This document shows, piece by piece, positions 18,319-30,411 of a stretch of 58,798 nucleotides of DNA. Position numbers and translations under genes: made by a program. The stretch's first letter is position 1; each line of letters begins with the position of its first letter. This DNA is from Opitutaceae bacterium (lineage in GTDB: Bacteria > Verrucomicrobiota > Verrucomicrobiia > Opitutales > Opitutaceae), in NCBI GenBank assembly GCA_035299125.1, contig DATGXA010000350.1:1-58798 (forward strand), written 5' to 3'. The notes below the pieces were generated by a model. It saw only the letters and a program-made list of their open reading frames with translations, did not search any database and was not told the origin of the DNA.

Positions 18319-20193
18319 ATGGCGTACGTCTTCCAAGGCAAGGTATTCGATGTGATCGTCTGCGGCGCTGGCCATGCCGGCTGCGAGGCGGCGTTATCGG
18401 CGGCCCGTCTCGGCGCCGATACCCTGCTGCTCACCGGCAATCTCGACACGATTGCGCAGATGAGCTGCAACCCGGCGATTGGCGGCCAAGCCAAGGGGCA
18501 CATCGTGCGCGAAATCGACGCGCTCGGCGGAGAGATGGCGATGAACACCGATGCCACCGGCATCCAGTTCCGCCTGCTGAACGAATCGAAAGGCCCGGCG
18601 GTGCAATCTCCTCGCGCCCAGTGCGACAAGAAGGCCTATCAGTTGCGGATGAAGCAAACATTGGAGGCGCAGCCTAACCTGCTCGTGTTCCAAGCGACTG
18701 TCACCGGACTCCTCCGGGACGGAAGACGCGTATTGGGGTGTCAGACGAACCTCGATATCGACTTCCACGGGCGAACCGTGGTGGTCACAACCGGCACCTT
18801 CCTCCGCGGGCTGCTGCACATCGGGAAGAACAAGAACGAAGGCGGCCGGCTGGGCGATTTCAGCGCCCGCACTCTTTCCGCGAGCCTCCTGGAAGCCGGT
18901 ATAGAGCTTCGACGGCTAAAGACCGGCACTCCCCCACGCGTGCTCGGGCGCAGCATCGATTTTGGCCGAATGGAGGAACAAAGGGGCGACACGCGCCCGA
19001 CTTTCTTCGCGTTCCACGATACTAGAGAGAACGACGAGTTGTTCCACGTGGAACACTCCCGTGGACAACAACGCCTCGGTTGGGCTCCAGGCACTGACCA
19101 GATCTCTTGCTGGATTACGTATACCACGGATCGCTCCGCCGAGATCGTGAGGCGGAACCTACATACCTCCGCCATGTATTCCGGCGAGATCGAAGGCGTG
19201 GGGCCTCGGTACTGCCCAAGTATCGAAGACAAGTTCGTTCGTTTCGCGGATAAGCCACGCCATCTGCTCTTTCTGGAGCCGGAAGGACGGCACACCGACG
19301 AGTACTACATCAACGGGTTGTCGACCAGCATGTCGCTCGAGGTGCAGATCGAACTCGTGCGGAGCGTTCCGGGATTGGAGCACGCGGAGTTGGTGCGCCC
19401 CGCCTATGCCGTGGAGTACGATTTCGCCCCACCGACACAGCTTTGGCCGAGCCTAGAATCACGGAAGATGGACGGACTCTTCTTCGCGGGACAGATCAAT
19501 GGGACATCGGGCTATGAGGAGGCCGCGGGGCAGGGGACGATTGCCGGAATCAACGCCGCGCTGAAAGTTCGCAGCACCGAACCGTTGGTGCTCGGGCGAC
19601 ACGAGGCGTACCTTGGTGTCCTGATCGACGACCTCGTGACCAAAGGCACCAATGAACCCTACCGGATGTTCACCAGTCGCGCGGAATACCGCCTCCTACT
19701 AAACCACGCCTCGGCGGAGCTTCGCCTCCTCACTCATCTCCGACGTATCGGTCTCGTACCAGCCGTCCGGCTTGCGCGAATCGAAGCCAAAGCAGCGCGG
19801 GTATGGCGCTGGCTGGAAACATTGGAGCGCGAACGCAACGCGGGAATCACTTGGGGCGACCACGTACGGCGCGAAACGCCCGAACTCCAGCTCCCATCAG
19901 AGTTTGTGGCCGAGAGCGAGTCGGTCCGTGACGAGGTGCTCTATCGCATCCGCTACCGCGGGTACCTCGAACGCGAACGACGGAACATTGAGCGATTGAC
20001 CAACCTCGAACATGTGAAGATCCCCGCCTCCCTGGATTTCAAGACGGTCAGGGGCCTGCGGAAAGAGTGCGCTCTCAAGCTCGCGGAGTTCCGGCCCGCC
20101 ACACTGGGACAGGCGAGCCGCATCAGTGGCGTGAGCCCCGCGGACTTGAGCGTGCTTCTCGTCCTGATCGAATCCGGTCGCTCCGGAACTTGA
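18319..20193 (+). CDS. mnmG: tRNA uridine 5-carboxymethylaminomethyl modification enzyme MnmG (GidA)
   Basis: 'FDVIVCGAGHAGCEAA', 'MSCNPAIGGQAKGHIVREIDALGG' and 'GPRYCPSIEDK'. Confidence 0.95.
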   Translation: MAYVFQGKVFDVIVCGAGHAGCEAALSAARLGADTLLLTGNLDTIAQMSCNPAIGGQAKGHIVREIDALGGEMAMNTDATGIQFRLLNESKGPAVQSPRAQCDKKAYQLRMKQTLEAQPNLLVFQATVTGLLRDGRRVLGCQTNLDIDFHGRTVVVTTGTFLRGLLHIGKNKNEGGRLGDFSARTLSASLLEAGIELRRLKTGTPPRVLGRSIDFGRMEEQRGDTRPTFFAFHDTRENDELFHVEHSRGQQRLGWAPGTDQISCWITYTTDRSAEIVRRNLHTSAMYSGEIEGVGPRYCPSIEDKFVRFADKPRHLLFLEPEGRHTDEYYINGLSTSMSLEVQIELVRSVPGLEHAELVRPAYAVEYDFAPPTQLWPSLESRKMDGLFFAGQINGTSGYEEAAGQGTIAGINAALKVRSTEPLVLGRHEAYLGVLIDDLVTKGTNEPYRMFTSRAEYRLLLNHASAELRLLTHLRRIGLVPAVRLARIEAKAARVWRWLETLERERNAGITWGDHVRRETPELQLPSEFVAESESVRDEVLYRIRYRGYLERERRNIERLTNLEHVKIPASLDFKTVRGLRKECALKLAEFRPATLGQASRISGVSPADLSVLLVLIESGRSGT

Positions 20194-20311
20194 ACGGCCG
20201 CCAGGTGCTCCGCAGGGCGGCGCATACACAAACACCGCCACCGCAAGTAACATTCCAGTGACGATAGGCTTTTCTCTGGAAAGCCCTCCTCTCGACACTA
20301 GCCTCCGCAGC

Positions 20312-21031
20312 ATGGCCGATTCACGGGCAAAACGAATCCTCATCGTCGATGACGAGCCAGATGTGACCGAACTCGTCGGGTACCAGCTTCGCGCGAAAGG
20401 CTACGCCGTCGAAGCGCTCAACAACCCGACACAGAGCATCGCCAAGATCCGCTCCTTCCAGCCCGACCTCGTGATTCTCGATGTGATGATGCCGGACATC
20501 AGCGGGATTCAGATCTGCCGGATGCTACGAGCCGATCCGAAGACCAAAGACGTACCCGTGGTCTTCCTCACTGCCCGCGCAGAGGAAGCGGATCGGGTGC
20601 TTGGACTCGAAGTCGGAGGTGATGACTATATTTGCAAGCCATTCAGCTCCAAGGAGTTACTCCTTCGAATACAAGGCTTGCTTCGTCGCTCCGTCGCACC
20701 TGAAGAGGAGCGACCGAAGCGACTGGAGATCGGCTCCATCGTTTTGGACAACGAACGCCACGAGGCCACGGTGAACGGCCTGCCCATCGAACTCACCGCC
20801 ACCGAATTCCGCCTCCTGCGACTCCTGATGGAGCGAAAGGGCCGGGTGCAGACACGCGAACACCTCCTGCTCAACGTCTGGAATTACGAAACCGAGATCG
20901 AGACCCGGACCGTCGATACCCACATCCGGCGGTTGCGCGAGAAACTCGGCGACCAAGCTGACCTGATCGAGACCCTCCGCGGGGTAGGGTACCGAATGAT
21001 TGATCCGCAGGCGAATCCGCGCGCATGTTGA
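20312..21031 (+). CDS. OmpR/PhoB-family response regulator
   Basis: Start set at ATG 20312 (MADSRAKRILIVDDEPD...). 'DLVILDVMMPDISG' and the winged helix '...VDTHIRRLREKL...IETLRGVGYRM'. Confidence 0.9.
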   Translation: MADSRAKRILIVDDEPDVTELVGYQLRAKGYAVEALNNPTQSIAKIRSFQPDLVILDVMMPDISGIQICRMLRADPKTKDVPVVFLTARAEEADRVLGLEVGGDDYICKPFSSKELLLRIQGLLRRSVAPEEERPKRLEIGSIVLDNERHEATVNGLPIELTATEFRLLRLLMERKGRVQTREHLLLNVWNYETEIETRTVDTHIRRLREKLGDQADLIETLRGVGYRMIDPQANPRAC

Positions 21032-22329
21032 TTCTGTTCATCGGCTTCGAGACAGCGGCGATTCTCATTTTGGTGAAGCTGCTCTGGGATTCGCGGCGGC
21101 GCCAACGCGACCTCCGGGCTGCCTTGCGAAACCGCACACCGTACTTGATCGACGACGCCTCGGGACCATTCCTCGCCGATTGGCGGGAGACCGTTGCAAC
21201 CGCAAACGAGGTACTGGAGTCCCTCAAAGCCGCGGAAGCCGCCCGCACTGGCCGTATCGACCAACTTGAAGCCACGCTCGGCAGCCTGCGCGAAGGTGTT
21301 TTGGCCGTCGACGACTCAAATACGATAGTCTTGTCCAACAATGCCTTAGCCGCGATTTTCCCGAAAGCGACGCAGATCCTCGGCGAACGCATCGAGACAG
21401 TTGTGCGAAGTAGCACGTTTTCGGCGTTTCTCGACGATGTGCGGCGCGGCATCGCCGCCAACCGGGTGGAGCACGAGTTGTTAACCGAGAGCGGCAGCAT
21501 CTGGATCGAGGCAACCGGCGCGGTGGTGCGACCCTGGGACGGCAGCCGCGGGAGCTGGGTGCTCTGCGTTCTCCACGAGATCACCCGGCAAAAGCAGCTC
21601 GAGTCCATGCGTAAGGAGTTCGTAGCCAACGTCTCGCACGAACTGCGCACCCCCCTGAGCGTTATCAAGGGTTTCATCGAGACGCTCGTCGATGATCATC
21701 GCGCGATGCCGGAAGCCGACCGCGATCGGTTCTTGCGCACGGTTCAGCGCCATGCCGAGCGCCTGCATGTGATTCTCGAGGATCTACTCACGCTCTCCCG
21801 TCTCGAATCCCGCAACCCGGGCCTGCAACTGGAATCGACCGATCTCGGTGGTCTGATCCGCGAACTCGCCGCCGACTATCGGCAACGCGCCGGCAACTCC
21901 GGGCATCGCATCGAAATCCAGATCCCAGCTGAAATGCCGCGCGTCGCACTCGACGCCGTGCGGATCCGACAGGTTTTCGACAACCTTCTCGATAACGCCC
22001 TGAAGTACACGCCACCGCAGTCGTTCATCGCGATCCGCGTCGTAAAAACGGGCGCTGATCTAGAGGTGCGAATCGAGGACAACGGCCCGGGCATTCCGGC
22101 GAAAGACCTTCCGCACATCTTCGAGCGCTTCTATCGCGTGGACAAAGGCCGCTCGCGGGAAAAAGGCGGCACCGGACTCGGGCTCAGCATCGTCAAACAC
22201 ATCGTCCAACTCCACGGCGGCCGCATCTGGGCTGAAAGCGTGCTAGGGAAGGGGACGACGATCGTTTTCGTTCTCCCCGAGGGAATCACCGCGCCCGCCG
22301 CAGCCACTCCGTCCGCGGAACTGGCCTGA
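21025..22329 (+). CDS. PhoR-like sensor histidine kinase (TM + PAS + HisKA + HATPase_c)
   Basis: 'EFVANVSHELRTPLSVIKGFIETL', 'DNALKYTPP', 'DNGPGIPAKDLPHIFERFYRVD' and 'GTGLGLSIVKHIV'. It overlaps the regulator gene by 7 nt. Confidence 0.9.
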   Translation: MLILFIGFETAAILILVKLLWDSRRRQRDLRAALRNRTPYLIDDASGPFLADWRETVATANEVLESLKAAEAARTGRIDQLEATLGSLREGVLAVDDSNTIVLSNNALAAIFPKATQILGERIETVVRSSTFSAFLDDVRRGIAANRVEHELLTESGSIWIEATGAVVRPWDGSRGSWVLCVLHEITRQKQLESMRKEFVANVSHELRTPLSVIKGFIETLVDDHRAMPEADRDRFLRTVQRHAERLHVILEDLLTLSRLESRNPGLQLESTDLGGLIRELAADYRQRAGNSGHRIEIQIPAEMPRVALDAVRIRQVFDNLLDNALKYTPPQSFIAIRVVKTGADLEVRIEDNGPGIPAKDLPHIFERFYRVDKGRSREKGGTGLGLSIVKHIVQLHGGRIWAESVLGKGTTIVFVLPEGITAPAAATPSAELA

Positions 22330-22428
22330 TCGAGCCACTTGCGAGTCGTGCCCGCGCCCGGGGGGGTGCTCGCACAGCTCCGTTTTTCGGTTGTCAGCCG
22401 GGGGCGCGCACAGGTGCGATTTGGCGCC

Positions 22429-23043
22429 ATGCGTTTTCATCCAGGCGCCAAGCCTGAGTTCGTCCGTCATGTCGAGTCGCGCCTCGCCTCGCTTCGCGAC
22501 GAGCTCTCGCGTGTGTTCTCCGGCAGCGCGGCACCCGTCGTACTCGAGATCGGCTGCGGGCACGGACATTTCCTCTCCCGTTACGCACACGACTTTCCCG
22601 CCCACTTCTGCTTGGGGATCGATCTGCTGAAGGACCGGCTTGATCGCGCCACCAGGAAGCGCGATCGCGCCAAGCTGGTGAACCTCCACTTTGTCAAAAC
22701 AGAGGCCGCCGAATTCCTCGAATGCCTTCCGGCGGGCCTCTCGTTCCACAGCGTGTTTCTGCTGTTTCCCGATCCGTGGCCCAAAAAACGGCACCACAAA
22801 AACCGCCTCGTGCGCGCCGATTTCATGGCTGCGCTCGCAGCCCGCATGGCTCCGGGTGGCCAGTTCTATTTCCGCACCGACCACGCCGAGTATTTCGAAG
22901 CTGGTCGCGCCATACTGGCCGAACACCCCGATTGGCACATCGAGCCCGAGAGCGCTTGGCCCTGCGAAGAAGCGACCGTCTTCCAGCTAAAGGCGGAGGC
23001 CTACCATAGCTTGGTAGCCACAGTCGTCGCTCGCCACCGCTGA
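22429..23043 (+). CDS. trmB: tRNA (guanine-N7)-methyltransferase TrmB
   Basis: SAM motif 'VLEIGCGHGHFLSRYA' and 'LLFPDPWPKKRHHKNRL'. I prefer the start at 22429 over the track start at 22339 (Arg/Val-rich extension). Confidence 0.85.
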   Translation: MRFHPGAKPEFVRHVESRLASLRDELSRVFSGSAAPVVLEIGCGHGHFLSRYAHDFPAHFCLGIDLLKDRLDRATRKRDRAKLVNLHFVKTEAAEFLECLPAGLSFHSVFLLFPDPWPKKRHHKNRLVRADFMAALAARMAPGGQFYFRTDHAEYFEAGRAILAEHPDWHIEPESAWPCEEATVFQLKAEAYHSLVATVVARHR

Positions 23044-23401
23044 TCGGCCCTTATCCCGCCCAGTCATGGCCCCCGCCACGCGTTGGCGCCACCACACCCG
23101 AGCCTTCCGTTTCCATACGCTCGCGGCATCAGGGAGAGACAAACGAAGCCTTTCCCACTCGCGGGTTTTGCGGGCATGATCCTCGTCCGCCAAATCTCCG
23201 CCAACCCGCAGTCGTCCTAATCCGCATCGCTTCTCTAATGAGTGAGCATTGTAGCTCGTTTCGATTAGGGTTTAGGATTTGCCGAGACGCGTCGGCTAAT
23301 AGTTCTCGTCGCCCTCTGCTTTTCTATCAGCAACTTCGAAGTTTGACCCGATAGAACACCTTCCCATTTCCTCCCTGTCTCTGCCTCGCGCCTCCTCCCA
23401 C

Positions 23402-24265
23402 ATGACTGGTCGAGTTATCCTTTGCGCCTTGTTTGCCCCCGTGGCGGCCGCCGTTGCCCGGGCTGAAGACGGGGTCGCCCCAGCGGCGACGAAGCTCTTC
23501 GAGATCCCAGGCTTGGGTTTGCCGGTAACCAACAGCGTGGTCACGAGTTGGGTCGTCTCGCTGCTTATTTTGATCGGGCTCCGCTTGATGGTGAGAAAAC
23601 CGCGGCTGATCCCGTCGCGCGGCCAAGCGATCGTCGAGAGCGCACTCGAGGCGCTCCGCGGTCTCTATCAACCGATCATCGGGAAGAAGGCCTTCCCTGC
23701 GGCCTTCCCGATTTTGGTCTGCCTCTTTCTCTATATTCTGCTCCAAAACTGGAGCGGGCTGATCCCCGGCGTCGGCAGCATCGGGTTCGGCCATGTGGTC
23801 GCAGGCCATTTCCACGTCACCGAGCCGTTCATCCGCCCCGCCAACGCCGACTGGAACGGCACCGTCGCGCTCGCCATCGTCGCCATGGTCGCCTGGGTCT
23901 ATCTCATCCTGCGCTACGCCGGACCGAAGATGGTGCTCTACGACCTCTTCGGTAACAAGGCCGACAAGAGCGAACTCGCCGCCTATATCTATTATCCGCT
24001 CTCGTTAATCTTCCTGCTCGTCGGATTCATCGAGGTCGTCTCGATCGCCATCCGGCCGTTCACGCTCTCCGTCCGTCTCTTCGGCAACGTCTTCGGTGGC
24101 GAGAACCTCCTGCACTCCACCGGGTTTCTTTTTCCGTTCTACTTCCTTGAGACGCTCGTCGGCTTCGTCCAGGCGCTCGTTTTCACGCTCCTCCTGAGCG
24201 TCTACATCGGCCTGATCTGCAACCACGGCGACGACGAACACGGCCACGTCGAAGCCCACCACTGA
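23402..24265 (+). CDS. atpB: F0F1 ATP synthase subunit a
   Basis: 'SLSVRLFGNVFGGENL' (essential Arg region) in a multi-TM protein. First gene of the atp operon. Confidence 0.92.
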   Translation: MTGRVILCALFAPVAAAVARAEDGVAPAATKLFEIPGLGLPVTNSVVTSWVVSLLILIGLRLMVRKPRLIPSRGQAIVESALEALRGLYQPIIGKKAFPAAFPILVCLFLYILLQNWSGLIPGVGSIGFGHVVAGHFHVTEPFIRPANADWNGTVALAIVAMVAWVYLILRYAGPKMVLYDLFGNKADKSELAAYIYYPLSLIFLLVGFIEVVSIAIRPFTLSVRLFGNVFGGENLLHSTGFLFPFYFLETLVGFVQALVFTLLLSVYIGLICNHGDDEHGHVEAHH

Positions 24266-24341
24266 TCCCTTTTCCCGCCGGGACCGTGCCACACAGATGC
24301 GCGGACGGCAGGACGCAACAACCCAAAGCAACCACCACCAA

Positions 24342-24557
24342 ATGACCACCATCCTCGCAGAAATCTCGGGTAATCTCGCCAGCGCCGCTGGTGTCTTCGG
24401 CGCCGCCATCGGCGTGGGCCTGATCGGCTTCCGCGCTTGCGAATCCGTGGGCCGCAACCCCGGCGCTTCCGGCAAGATCCTCGTCCAATCGATCCTGGCC
24501 ATGGCGCTCGCCGAAGGCCTCGGCTTGCTCGCGCTGCTCATCGCCAAGCCGGTCTGA
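24342..24557 (+). CDS. atpE: F0F1 ATP synthase subunit c
   Basis: Start set at ATG 24342 (MTTILAEISG...). Hairpin proteolipid with 'GRNPGASG' and the carboxylate in 'MALAEGLGL'. Confidence 0.9.
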   Translation: MTTILAEISGNLASAAGVFGAAIGVGLIGFRACESVGRNPGASGKILVQSILAMALAEGLGLLALLIAKPV

Positions 24558-24619
24558 TCCGGTTTCCGCCCCCTTGGATGCACCGCCTCCGCGGTGCATC
24601 AGTCTCTTTTCCTCCTACC

Positions 24620-25180
24620 ATGCTTCCCATTCTCCTCGCCTCGGCCGACGCCCATGCAGTCGTCGAGCACGCCGCGTCCGGCGGGCTGGTCGAGCAGTTC
24701 GGCCTCTCGCTGAACTACGTCGTGATGCAGGTGATCAGCTTCGCGATCCTTGCGTTCGTGCTCTACCGCTGGGGCATCAAGCCCGTGCTCGCCACGATGG
24801 ACGAGCGCCAGCATAAGATCGAATCCGGCCTCAAGTACGCCGAGGAGATGAAGACGCGCCTCGAGCAGGCCAACCAGCAGAGCGAGGAGATTCTGCGCAA
24901 GTCTGCCGTCGAGGCTCAGGCCATCGTCAACGACGCCCGCAAGACCGCAAAGGAACTCGCCGATCGCCAGACGCAGGATACCGCCGCCCAGACCGCCGCG
25001 ATGCTCGCCAAGGCGCAACAGGCCATCGAGCTCGAGCGAGGCAAGATGCTCGCCGAAGTCCGCGGCGAGATCGCGCGCCTCGTCACTCTCACCGCCGGCA
25101 AGGTCCTCACCAAGGAGCTCTCGCCCGAGGAGAAGTCGCGTTACACGCAGACCGCTACCCGCGAACTCACCGGCGTCTGA
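24620..25180 (+). CDS. atpF: F0F1 ATP synthase subunit b
   Basis: Start set at ATG 24620 (MLPILLASADAH...). One TM segment followed by a long charged helix ('LATMDERQHKIESGLKYAEEMKTRLEQANQQSEEIL'). Confidence 0.85.
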   Translation: MLPILLASADAHAVVEHAASGGLVEQFGLSLNYVVMQVISFAILAFVLYRWGIKPVLATMDERQHKIESGLKYAEEMKTRLEQANQQSEEILRKSAVEAQAIVNDARKTAKELADRQTQDTAAQTAAMLAKAQQAIELERGKMLAEVRGEIARLVTLTAGKVLTKELSPEEKSRYTQTATRELTGV

Positions 25181-25207
25181 TCGCCCGTCCTCTTTTCTCC
25201 GCGCTCG

Positions 25208-25603
25208 ATGTCCGCCACCAAACAGATTCGCGCCACCGCCAAGCAGCTCCTCGCGCTCAGCCTCGAAAACGGCCAGCTCTCGGAGCCCAAGGTGCGCGCC
25301 GTGCTCGCGTGGTTCGAACAGAAGCCACCGGCGCATGCTGCCGCCACGCTCCGCGAATACCACCGCCTCGCTCTGCGCGAGGTCGGCCGAAGCCGCGCGC
25401 GCATCGAGTTCGCCGGCACGCTCGCCAGCGGGGCGGTCGCCTCGATCATCACCGAGCTGTCGCGGATCTACCACCGCCCGATCTCGGCCACCACCATTGA
25501 GAATTCTTCGCTCATCGCCGGCGTGCGCGTGAGCATCGGCGACGACGTTTTCGAGCGCTCCGTCGCCGGCCAGCTCGAGAAGCTTGCCGCCACCACCGCC
25601 TGA
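25208..25603 (+). CDS. atpH: F0F1 ATP synthase subunit delta (short OSCP-like)
   Basis: It sits between b and alpha. The C-terminal '[25 protein letters not shown]' is OSCP-like. At 131 aa it is short for this family. Confidence 0.7.
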   Translation: MSATKQIRATAKQLLALSLENGQLSEPKVRAVLAWFEQKPPAHAAATLREYHRLALREVGRSRARIEFAGTLASGAVASIITELSRIYHRPISATTIENSSLIAGVRVSIGDDVFERSVAGQLEKLAATTA

Positions 25604-25649
25604 TCCCGGTCCCGTTTTCCTGTCCGACGCCCAACCCCTTCCTTTCCTG

Positions 25650-27185
25650 ATGAGCTCCGTCATCGAACAAATCGAGCAACAGATCGCCAAACTGCAGACG
25701 CAGACGATCAAGAAGAACGTCGGCCACATCCGCACCCTCGCCGACGGCGTCGCCAAAGTCGACGGCCTCTCCGAGGTCATGTACAACGAGATGGTGCAGT
25801 TCCCCGGCGATGTCATCGGCATCGCGCTCAACCTCGAAGAGGATGAGGTCGGCTGCGTCCTCCTCGGCGATGTCGCGAAGCTCAAGGAAGGCGACGAGTG
25901 CCAGACCACCGGCCGCCTGCTCTCCGTGCCCGTCGGCAAGGCGCTCCTCGGCCGCGTTGTCGATGCACTCGGCCGCCCGCTCGACGGCAAGGGCCCGATC
26001 GATGCCAAGGAGTTCAACCCCGTCGAGAAGATCGCGCCCGGCATTATCGCCCGTCGCTCCGTCAACCAGCCGCTGCTCACGGGCATCATGTCGATCGACT
26101 CCATGATTCCGATCGGCCGCGGCCAACGTGAGCTGATCATCGGCGACCGTGGCACCGGCAAGACCGCCATCGCGATCGACACGATCATCAACCAGTCGCG
26201 CATCAACAAGGCCGGCCTCGCCTCCGGCGACCCGAAATTCCGCCCGGTCTATTCCATCTACGTCGTCATCGGCCAGAAGAACGCCAACGTCGCCCGCACC
26301 ATCGGCGTGCTCGAGGAAGCCGGCGCGATGGAACACACCATCATCGTCTCCGCTCCGGCGTCCGACAACCCCGCCAACCAGTACCTCGCCCCGTACTCCG
26401 GCGCCGCGATCGGCGAGTGGTTCATGGCCAACGGCATGGATGCGCTCGTCGTCTACGACGATCTCTCGAAGCACGCCGTCGCCTACCGCCAGATTTCGCT
26501 CGTGCTCAAGCGCCCGTCCGGCCGCGAAGCGTACCCGGGCGATGTGTTCTATCTCCACTCGCGCCTGCTCGAACGTTCCGCCCGCCTCAACGACGAGAAC
26601 GGCGGTGGCTCGCTCACCGCGCTACCCATCATCGAGACGCAGGCCGGCGACGTCTCCGCGTACATCCCGACCAACGTCATCTCGATCACCGACGGCCAGA
26701 TCTTCCTCGAGACCGATCTCTTCAACCAGGGCCAGCGTCCCGCGATTTCCGTCGGTCTCTCCGTCTCGCGCGTCGGTTCGTCCGCGCAGCTGAAGATGAC
26801 CAAACAGGTCGCCGGCAAGCTGAAGGGCGAGCTCGCGCAGTTCCGCGAGTTGGCCGCCTTCGCGCAGTTCGGCTCCGATCTCGACGCCCGCACGAAAGCC
26901 CAGCTCGACCGCGGCGCGCGCATCACCGAGCTCTTCAAGCAGCCGCAGTTCCAGCCGCAGCCGATCGAGCTGCAGGCCGCAGTGCTCTGGGCGATGCAGA
27001 ACAACTTCTTCGATACGATTCCGGTCGCGAAGATGGTCGAGGCCGCGAACAGCCTGCGCGACTTCCTCACCGCCCGGAAGGCCGCCTTCCTCGTCACCTT
27101 GGCCAAGGAAAAGGTCTTCAGCGACGCGCTCGCCGCCGAGCTGAAACCCTCCATCGAGGAGTGGAAGAAAACCTTCGCCGTCTGA
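25650..27185 (+). CDS. atpA: F0F1 ATP synthase subunit alpha
   Basis: Start set at ATG 25650. '[22 protein letters not shown]', '[42 protein letters not shown]'. Confidence 0.95.
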   Translation: MSSVIEQIEQQIAKLQTQTIKKNVGHIRTLADGVAKVDGLSEVMYNEMVQFPGDVIGIALNLEEDEVGCVLLGDVAKLKEGDECQTTGRLLSVPVGKALLGRVVDALGRPLDGKGPIDAKEFNPVEKIAPGIIARRSVNQPLLTGIMSIDSMIPIGRGQRELIIGDRGTGKTAIAIDTIINQSRINKAGLASGDPKFRPVYSIYVVIGQKNANVARTIGVLEEAGAMEHTIIVSAPASDNPANQYLAPYSGAAIGEWFMANGMDALVVYDDLSKHAVAYRQISLVLKRPSGREAYPGDVFYLHSRLLERSARLNDENGGGSLTALPIIETQAGDVSAYIPTNVISITDGQIFLETDLFNQGQRPAISVGLSVSRVGSSAQLKMTKQVAGKLKGELAQFRELAAFAQFGSDLDARTKAQLDRGARITELFKQPQFQPQPIELQAAVLWAMQNNFFDTIPVAKMVEAANSLRDFLTARKAAFLVTLAKEKVFSDALAAELKPSIEEWKKTFAV

Positions 27186-27231
27186 AGCGCGCCGCGCCCC
27201 GCCGCTTCGCCAACGCCGAACTATCCTTACC

Positions 27232-28107
27232 GTGGCCTCCACCCGCGACATCCGCCGCCGCATCAAGTCCGTCAAGAACACTCGCCAGATCACGAAGGCG
27301 ATGGAGCTTGTCGCGGCCTCGAAGATGAAGAAGGCGCAGCAGGCCGCGCTCGCCGGTCGGCCGTACACCCAGCTGCTCGCCGACATGCTCGCCGCCGTCG
27401 CCCCGCGGGTCGACGAGTCGATGCACCCGTTCCTCGCCGTCCGCCCCGTGCAGACCCGCGGAATCCTGCTCGTCACGACGAACATGGGCCTGTGCGGCGC
27501 GCTCAACGGCAACCTCTTCAAGATCGTCTCCGAGATCCGCACACCGGCGAAGTTCGTCGCGATCGGTCGCAAGGGCACGCAGTTCCTCGCCCGCACCAAG
27601 CGCGATCTGCTCGCCGATTTCACCGTGGGCGATCCCGTGCCGTTCGCGCAGGTCCGCCCGGTCGTCGAGTTCATGGTGCAGCAGTACCTCGAGGGGACGA
27701 TCGACACGATCGAGGTCGTGTACCCGCGCTTCAAGAACACCCTCGTGCAGGAGCCGACCGTGCGCCCGGTGCTGCCGCTCGCCAACGTGCAGGAGTTCCT
27801 CGCCCACCTGCACGCCGAGACCGGCGTCGTCGCCCGCGCCGACGACCGCGAGATGCTCTTCGAACCTGATCCGCGGCAGGTGCTCGAGGCGTTGCTCCCG
27901 TTCTACGTGAACCGCCTCATCTACCAGCTTGTGCTATCCGCCCGCGCCTCTGAGTACAGCGCCCGCATGGTCGCGATGAAGACGGCCAAGGACAACGCCT
28001 CGAAGCTCCTCGACGACCTCACTCTCCAGTTCAACAAGGCCCGCCAGGCCGGCATCACCGCCGAGATCCTCGAGATCTCCGCCTCGCAAATGGCCCAGTC
28101 CGCGTGA
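27232..28107 (+). CDS. atpG: F0F1 ATP synthase subunit gamma
   Basis: 'MASTRDIRRRIKSVKNTRQITKAMELVAASKMKKAQ' and the C-terminal 'ITAEILEISA'. Confidence 0.93.
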   Translation: MASTRDIRRRIKSVKNTRQITKAMELVAASKMKKAQQAALAGRPYTQLLADMLAAVAPRVDESMHPFLAVRPVQTRGILLVTTNMGLCGALNGNLFKIVSEIRTPAKFVAIGRKGTQFLARTKRDLLADFTVGDPVPFAQVRPVVEFMVQQYLEGTIDTIEVVYPRFKNTLVQEPTVRPVLPLANVQEFLAHLHAETGVVARADDREMLFEPDPRQVLEALLPFYVNRLIYQLVLSARASEYSARMVAMKTAKDNASKLLDDLTLQFNKARQAGITAEILEISASQMAQSA

Positions 28108-28132
28108 GCCGCGCCACGCCCACCGTTTTTAG

Positions 28133-29575
<1,443 letters not shown>

Positions 29576-29578
29576 GCC

Positions 29579-29989
29579 ATGCCTCTCACGCTCGAGATCG
29601 TCACGCCCGAAGGCCGCGTCTATTCCGACACGGTCGATACCGTCGTCCTGCCGACGACCCAAGGCGAGATCGGCATCCTGCCCGGCCATATCCCGCTGCT
29701 CACCCAGCTCGAGGATGGCGAATTGCGCGTGCAAAAGGGCCAGGTCACCGAATCGCTCGCCTGCGGCCGCGGTTTCGCCGAGATCGCAGCCGACAAGATC
29801 AGCGTCCTCGCCGAGCAGGCGATCGACATCGCCAAGATCGACGAAGCCGCCGTGGAAAACGCCTGCCGCCGCGCCGAAGAGGCGCTCGCGCAGAAACAAT
29901 CCCTCTCCGCCGAGGAGGCCGAACGTCTCGAAAGCGTCGTGCGGTTCGCCTACGCGCAGCTCGACCTCAAGCGCCGCCGTCGCGGCTGA
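29579..29989 (+). CDS. atpC: F0F1 ATP synthase subunit epsilon
   Basis: 'LTLEIVTPEGRVYSDTVDTVVLPTTQGEIGILPGHIPLLTQL'. Confidence 0.9.
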   Translation: MPLTLEIVTPEGRVYSDTVDTVVLPTTQGEIGILPGHIPLLTQLEDGELRVQKGQVTESLACGRGFAEIAADKISVLAEQAIDIAKIDEAAVENACRRAEEALAQKQSLSAEEAERLESVVRFAYAQLDLKRRRRG

Positions 29990-30410
29990 GTTTCGCCCGC
30001 TCGGCGCCCAACGCGGCGAAGAGCAACGCGCTCGCCATCCATCCGGCGAGCACGCCCGTTGCCAACCGCGTCGCGTGCCGAATCGGCATCGCACCGGTCG
30101 CCTGCAAGATCACGTCGGCCAAGAGCGGCACCGCCGCGACACAGAGCAACGTCCGCGCGTGCGGCACCCAGCGCCGCGGCACCGGGATCAGCGCACCGAG
30201 CACCACCCCGGCGTAGATGCCGGCGCAGCGGCTGCACACCAGCATCGCCACGCCGGAGAAGCACGCCGTGCGCTCCGGAAGTTGGTGACACAGCCCGTGA
30301 AACAGCGCGATCGCAGCCGCGGGTCTCGCGTGCACCGCGGCAAAGAGCCACGGGATGAGACCCGCCGCCGCCACGAGCGCGCGCAATAGCCAGAGCAGCC
30401 GGCCGCTCAC
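29967..30410 (-). CDS. DUF2085 family membrane protein
   Basis: 'GLCHQLPERT...VCSRCAGIYAGV' signature. Its 3' end is convergent with and overlaps atpC. Confidence 0.8.
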   Translation of the reverse strand: MSGRLLWLLRALVAAAGLIPWLFAAVHARPAAAIALFHGLCHQLPERTACFSGVAMLVCSRCAGIYAGVVLGALIPVPRRWVPHARTLLCVAAVPLLADVILQATGAMPIRHATRLATGVLAGWMASALLFAALGAERAKLSRDGGA

Positions 30411-30411
30411 C